Shown here piece by piece: positions 61,084-64,000 of a DNA stretch of 64,000 nt. The stretch covers positions 82,289 through 146,288 of the forward strand of contig JABMQJ010000020.1 in NCBI GenBank assembly GCA_013203315.1. The letters are read 5' to 3'. The notes under the pieces were generated by a model that was given only the letters and a program-made list of their open reading frames with translations, was not told the DNA's origin and did no database searches. Made by a program: the position numbers and the translations under genes. Position 1 is the stretch's first letter. The number at the start of each line of letters is the position of its first letter. The DNA is from Candidatus Omnitrophota bacterium (GTDB lineage: Bacteria > Omnitrophota > Gorgyraeia > JABMRN01 > RBG-13-46-9).

Positions 61084-62861
61084 TCGTCCCAATGAAAAAA
61101 ATTGCAGTGCTTGTCCAGTCAAAAGATGCCGACTCCACGTTAAAGACACTTGGTTCCCTCGGGGTTTTGCACATTATCCACCGGAAACCTCCCCATGGAA
61201 AAGACATAAGCGCCTTAGAAGACGACATAGATCTTACCGATAAAGCCATAAATATCTTAAAAACAGTTGAACCGGACAAGAGAAAAGATAAGCCGGGCCC
61301 AACTGAGAGGAAAGCGGATAATTGGAAACTCAAAGCTCAGCACGTGATCGATCTGCAGGATAGATTAAGCCGGCTCGAGGAATATGGAAGAATAGCCAAA
61401 AACGAAATCACCGAATGGCAAACGTGGGGAGATTTTAATCCGGGAGAAATAAAAACCCTTGCCGAAAAAAACATTAACATACACCTTTATCGAATTCCGA
61501 TTAAAAAAATAAAAGATTTTCCAGCCTCCGCAATCGTAAAAAAGCTACAGGTTAAAAAAGGTATCGCAAATTGCGCGGTAATTTCACGCGATAAAATTGA
61601 AACGTCTTTTAAAGAGATCCCGCTACCGAAAATGGGAATCAAAAGAATACAAACGCGTTTATCTGAGGACCAAAAGGTTATCGAATCTATAAAAAACGAT
61701 ATGCAAAAACATCTTGGTTGTATTGATGACTTTAGCGCGGCAAAAAAAATGCTGCAAAAGGAGCTGGAGTTTCAAGAGGCATTAAGTGGCATGGGTGAGT
61801 CCGGTAGCATTGCGTATTTAACTGGGTTTGCTCCCGACGATAAAGTTGAAACGCTTTTAAAAATGTCAAAAAAAGAAAAATGGGGGATAGCTGCAAGCGA
61901 CCCTTCTCCGGAAGAGAGAGTGCCTACCCTTATTCGCAATCCAAAATGGATTTCCATAATAGCCCCTGTGTTTAAGGTATTAGAAATAGTGCCGGGATAC
62001 AAAGAGCTCGATATCAGCCTTTGGTTTCTTGTGTTTCTGTCCATTTTTTTCGGTATGCTTATAGGAGACGCAGCTTACGGAATCATATTTTTTGCATTAA
62101 CGCTAGTAGCGCAAAAAAAGTTTGGTAAAAAAGTACCAAACAAAGCCGGCTTCATTCTACTCTACGTTTTTAGTTCTTGTGCCATTATCTGGGGCGTTTT
62201 AACGGGAACATTTTTCGGCCAGGCGTGGCTACCGGAGTCAATAAAGCCCCTTATGCCAGCTTTGAGAAACAGCAAAAACGTGCAATCTCTTTGTTTCTTA
62301 ATAGGAACAATTCATCTAACCATTGGGCATCTGTGGCGCGCTATTTTAAAATCCCCCTCGCCAAAAGCACTTTCCGACATAGGATGGGTATCGGTATTGT
62401 GGGGCGCTTTTTTTCTTGCCAAAACCCTGATTTTAGGAGAAAGCTTTCCGCAATTTGCCAAATGGTTCTTTATTGCAGGCCCTGTTCTTGTAGTGTTTTT
62501 TACAGACCTCAATTTAAACAGATACATACTTAAAGGTATCGGTTCCGGCCTCGGAAACCTGCTTTTAAATTTTGTAAATAGCTTTACGGATGTAGTTTCT
62601 TATATCCGTCTTTTTGCGGTAGGCCTGGCGACAGTAGCCATTGCCGACGCATTTAATAAAATGGCGCTTGGAATAGGTTTTAACAGTATCTTAACGGGCC
62701 TGGCCACGGCCATAATCCTGCTTTTAGGGCATACACTTAACATTATCCTGGGCCCTTTGGCGGTCCTTGTCCATGGGGTAAGGCTTAACGTTTTAGAGTT
62801 TTGTAATCATGTTGATATTAGATGGAGCGGTTTTTCATATAAACCTTTAAGGGAGGAGTAA
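61080..62861 (+). CDS. V-type ATP synthase subunit I (a)
   Basis: MIVPMKK, PGY.E.D, FFGMLIGDA.YG, DVVSYIRLFA, HGVRLN.LEF. Confidence 0.93.
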   Translation: MIVPMKKIAVLVQSKDADSTLKTLGSLGVLHIIHRKPPHGKDISALEDDIDLTDKAINILKTVEPDKRKDKPGPTERKADNWKLKAQHVIDLQDRLSRLEEYGRIAKNEITEWQTWGDFNPGEIKTLAEKNINIHLYRIPIKKIKDFPASAIVKKLQVKKGIANCAVISRDKIETSFKEIPLPKMGIKRIQTRLSEDQKVIESIKNDMQKHLGCIDDFSAAKKMLQKELEFQEALSGMGESGSIAYLTGFAPDDKVETLLKMSKKEKWGIAASDPSPEERVPTLIRNPKWISIIAPVFKVLEIVPGYKELDISLWFLVFLSIFFGMLIGDAAYGIIFFALTLVAQKKFGKKVPNKAGFILLYVFSSCAIIWGVLTGTFFGQAWLPESIKPLMPALRNSKNVQSLCFLIGTIHLTIGHLWRAILKSPSPKALSDIGWVSVLWGAFFLAKTLILGESFPQFAKWFFIAGPVLVVFFTDLNLNRYILKGIGSGLGNLLLNFVNSFTDVVSYIRLFAVGLATVAIADAFNKMALGIGFNSILTGLATAIILLLGHTLNIILGPLAVLVHGVRLNVLEFCNHVDIRWSGFSYKPLREE

Positions 62862-62868
62862 TTATATT

Positions 62869-63333
62869 ATGGGAAATGAATTAATAATACAGTTTAAAGA
62901 TTTTATGGGCGTAGGCGCAGGAGCGGTTTTAGCATTTGCCGCGATAGGTTCGGCCCTGGGCACTGGGGTTGCGGGCATGGCAGCTATTGGCGCGTGGAAA
63001 AAAGCATTCGCGCAAAATAAACAGGCTTCCTTTATGCTCCTGGCTTTTGTAGGCGCGCCTTTAACCCAGACAATTTACGGGATGATCGTCATGAATAAAA
63101 TGGCAGGGTTTGTCTCAAAGGGCACGTATCTCTGGGGCATAGGTATATTCTGCGGTATGGCGATGGGAATGTCTGCCTTTATGCAGGGAAAAGCCGGCGC
63201 TGTAGCGTCGGATGCAATGGGCGAAACAGGCAAGGGCTTTGGTAACTACATCGTTGTTTTAGGCGTCATAGAAACTGTTGCTCTTTTCGTCATGGCATTT
63301 TGTCTCGGGTTATTAGACAAGCTAGCTAGTTAG
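62869..63333 (+). CDS. V-type ATP synthase subunit K (c), four-TM proteolipid
   Basis: GSALG.G.AG, PLTQTIYG, SAFMQG, IETVAL. Confidence 0.93.
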   Translation: MGNELIIQFKDFMGVGAGAVLAFAAIGSALGTGVAGMAAIGAWKKAFAQNKQASFMLLAFVGAPLTQTIYGMIVMNKMAGFVSKGTYLWGIGIFCGMAMGMSAFMQGKAGAVASDAMGETGKGFGNYIVVLGVIETVALFVMAFCLGLLDKLAS

Positions 63334-63338
63334 CATGA

Positions 63339-63367
63339 TTGACATAAAACTCGTTCTGTGATAATAT
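63339..63367 (+). promoter_or_regulatory. Promoter for the tRNA-Val / tRNA-Asp unit
   Basis: TTGACA-17 nt-TAATAT with a TG-n extension. Confidence 0.6.
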
Positions 63368-63391
63368 GCCGACTGTATTTTCAATCAACAT

Positions 63392-63464
63392 GGGCGGTTG
63401 GCGCAGTTGGTAGCGCGTCTCGTTTACACCGAGAAGGTCGCAGGTTCGAGCCCTGCACCGCCCA
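63392..63464 (+). tRNA. tRNA-Val(TAC)
   Basis: GGGCGGT/ACCGCCC acceptor, anticodon arm TCTCG-TT TAC AC-CGAGA, CCA not encoded. Confidence 0.95.
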
Positions 63465-63485
63465 CGTTCGCCGGAGGCGAACGTG
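63463..63485 (+). repeat. Perfect 10-bp hairpin with GGA triloop at the tRNA-Val 3' end
   Basis: CACGTTCGCC-GGA-GGCGAACGTG; no U tract follows. Confidence 0.75.
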
Positions 63486-63510
63486 ATCCTGAAACAACAC
63501 AAAAAATGCG

Positions 63511-63762
63511 ATGAAAAAATGGTTTTTGTATATCGTAAAATGCAAAGACAGCTCTTTATATACCGGTATTACAACTAATCTCGAAAAACGAGTGAAGCGA
63601 CACAACGAAGGTATGGCAACTAAGTATACAAGAGGCAGAAAACCTGTAAAACTTGTATATAGTAAAGCTTGCAGCAATGAGTCTTCAGCGAGAAAAAAAG
63701 AGATAGAGCTAAAAAAGTTGCCGCGAAAGAAGAAGTTGGAATTGATAAATAAAGTTCTTTAG
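63511..63762 (+). CDS. Stand-alone GIY-YIG nuclease (UPF0213 / YhbQ-YazA type)
   Basis: FLYIVKC.D.SLYTGIT.NL.KR...HN.G...KYTR.R.P..LVY...A.K.E..LK. Confidence 0.92.
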   Translation: MKKWFLYIVKCKDSSLYTGITTNLEKRVKRHNEGMATKYTRGRKPVKLVYSKACSNESSARKKEIELKKLPRKKKLELINKVL

Positions 63763-63854
63763 CAGCAGAAATTAAGGTACTTCGGAAATAATCAATCTTT
63801 CCATAGGTCGGATTGATAACATTTCCTCAGTATCAAGTTTTCTTCGAAAACTTG
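63762..63854 (-). repeat. Structured palindromic element, copy B (homologous to 26046-26138)
   Basis: Plus strand TACT-TC-GGAAAT-A-ATCAATC-TTTCCATAGGTCG-GATTGAT-AAC-ATTTCC-TC-AGTA, then CAAGTTTTC-TTC-GAAAACTTG. Confidence 0.75.
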
Positions 63855-63931
63855 GGGACGTGGCGTAGCTGGTTTAACGCGTCAGACTGTCGATCTGAAG
63901 ATCGCGGGTTCGAATCCCGTCGTCCCCGCCA
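63854..63931 (+). tRNA. tRNA-Asp(GTC)
   Basis: GGGGACG/CGTCCCC acceptor, anticodon arm TCAGA-CT GTC GA-TCTGA, G73, encoded CCA. Confidence 0.95.
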
Positions 63932-63968
63932 CTGTTTTAAGGTAGCTTAAAAACTACCGACGAGAACC

Positions 63969-64000
63969 CTATTTATCGTCGAGAAATCGATGATAAATAG
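63969..64000 (+). terminator. Hairpin after tRNA-Asp, possible terminator (cut by the window edge)
   Basis: CTATTTATCGTCGA-GAAA-TCGATGATAAATAG, 14-bp stem; any U tract would lie beyond the window. Confidence 0.45.

Noticed and set aside
63381-63677. 98-aa minus-strand ORF
   Set aside because: Antisense to tRNA-Val and the GIY-YIG gene.

Overview
A bacterial chromosomal segment spanning the replication origin. All recognisable genes left of about 44.4 kb are on the minus strand and all to the right are on the plus strand. The switch sits at the dnaA / rpmH divergence, with DnaA-box clusters on both sides of dnaA and a Bacillus-like unwinding element (DnaA boxes, DnaA-trios, AT-rich tract) in front of dnaN. 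The left arm is a long co-directional run of housekeeping genes: dnaA-dnaN-dciA-gyrBA, glmS, gmd-fcl, ndk, gmk, rpoZ, split coaC/coaB, thrS-infC-rpmI-rplT-ktrBA-pheST, 6S RNA, rarA, rny-ymdB, xseAB-ispA-dxs, a four-subunit 2-oxoacid:ferredoxin oxidoreductase, and gltX-glnS. The right arm carries rpmH-rnpA-yidD-yidC, a Jag_N-only protein, parAB, a PyrR-regulated pyr operon containing an EndoQ gene, and a Na+-type V-ATPase. Nine tRNA genes are present. Gene content suggests an anaerobe of the PVC group, possibly Omnitrophota (inference only). No CRISPR array, transposase or integrase was seen. The most unusual signals are non-coding: (1) a ~90-nt structured element present twice next to tRNA genes with compensatory base changes, one copy bordering a small GIY-YIG nuclease cassette; (2) a non-canonical parS palindrome paired with a ParB that has Arg-to-Lys changes at base-reading positions; (3) a structured dnaA 5' leader; (4) an ACG start for infC; (5) near-identical heptanucleotide-derived inserts in two unrelated enzymes. 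All calls come from reading the sequence by eye; no database searches or folding programs were run.
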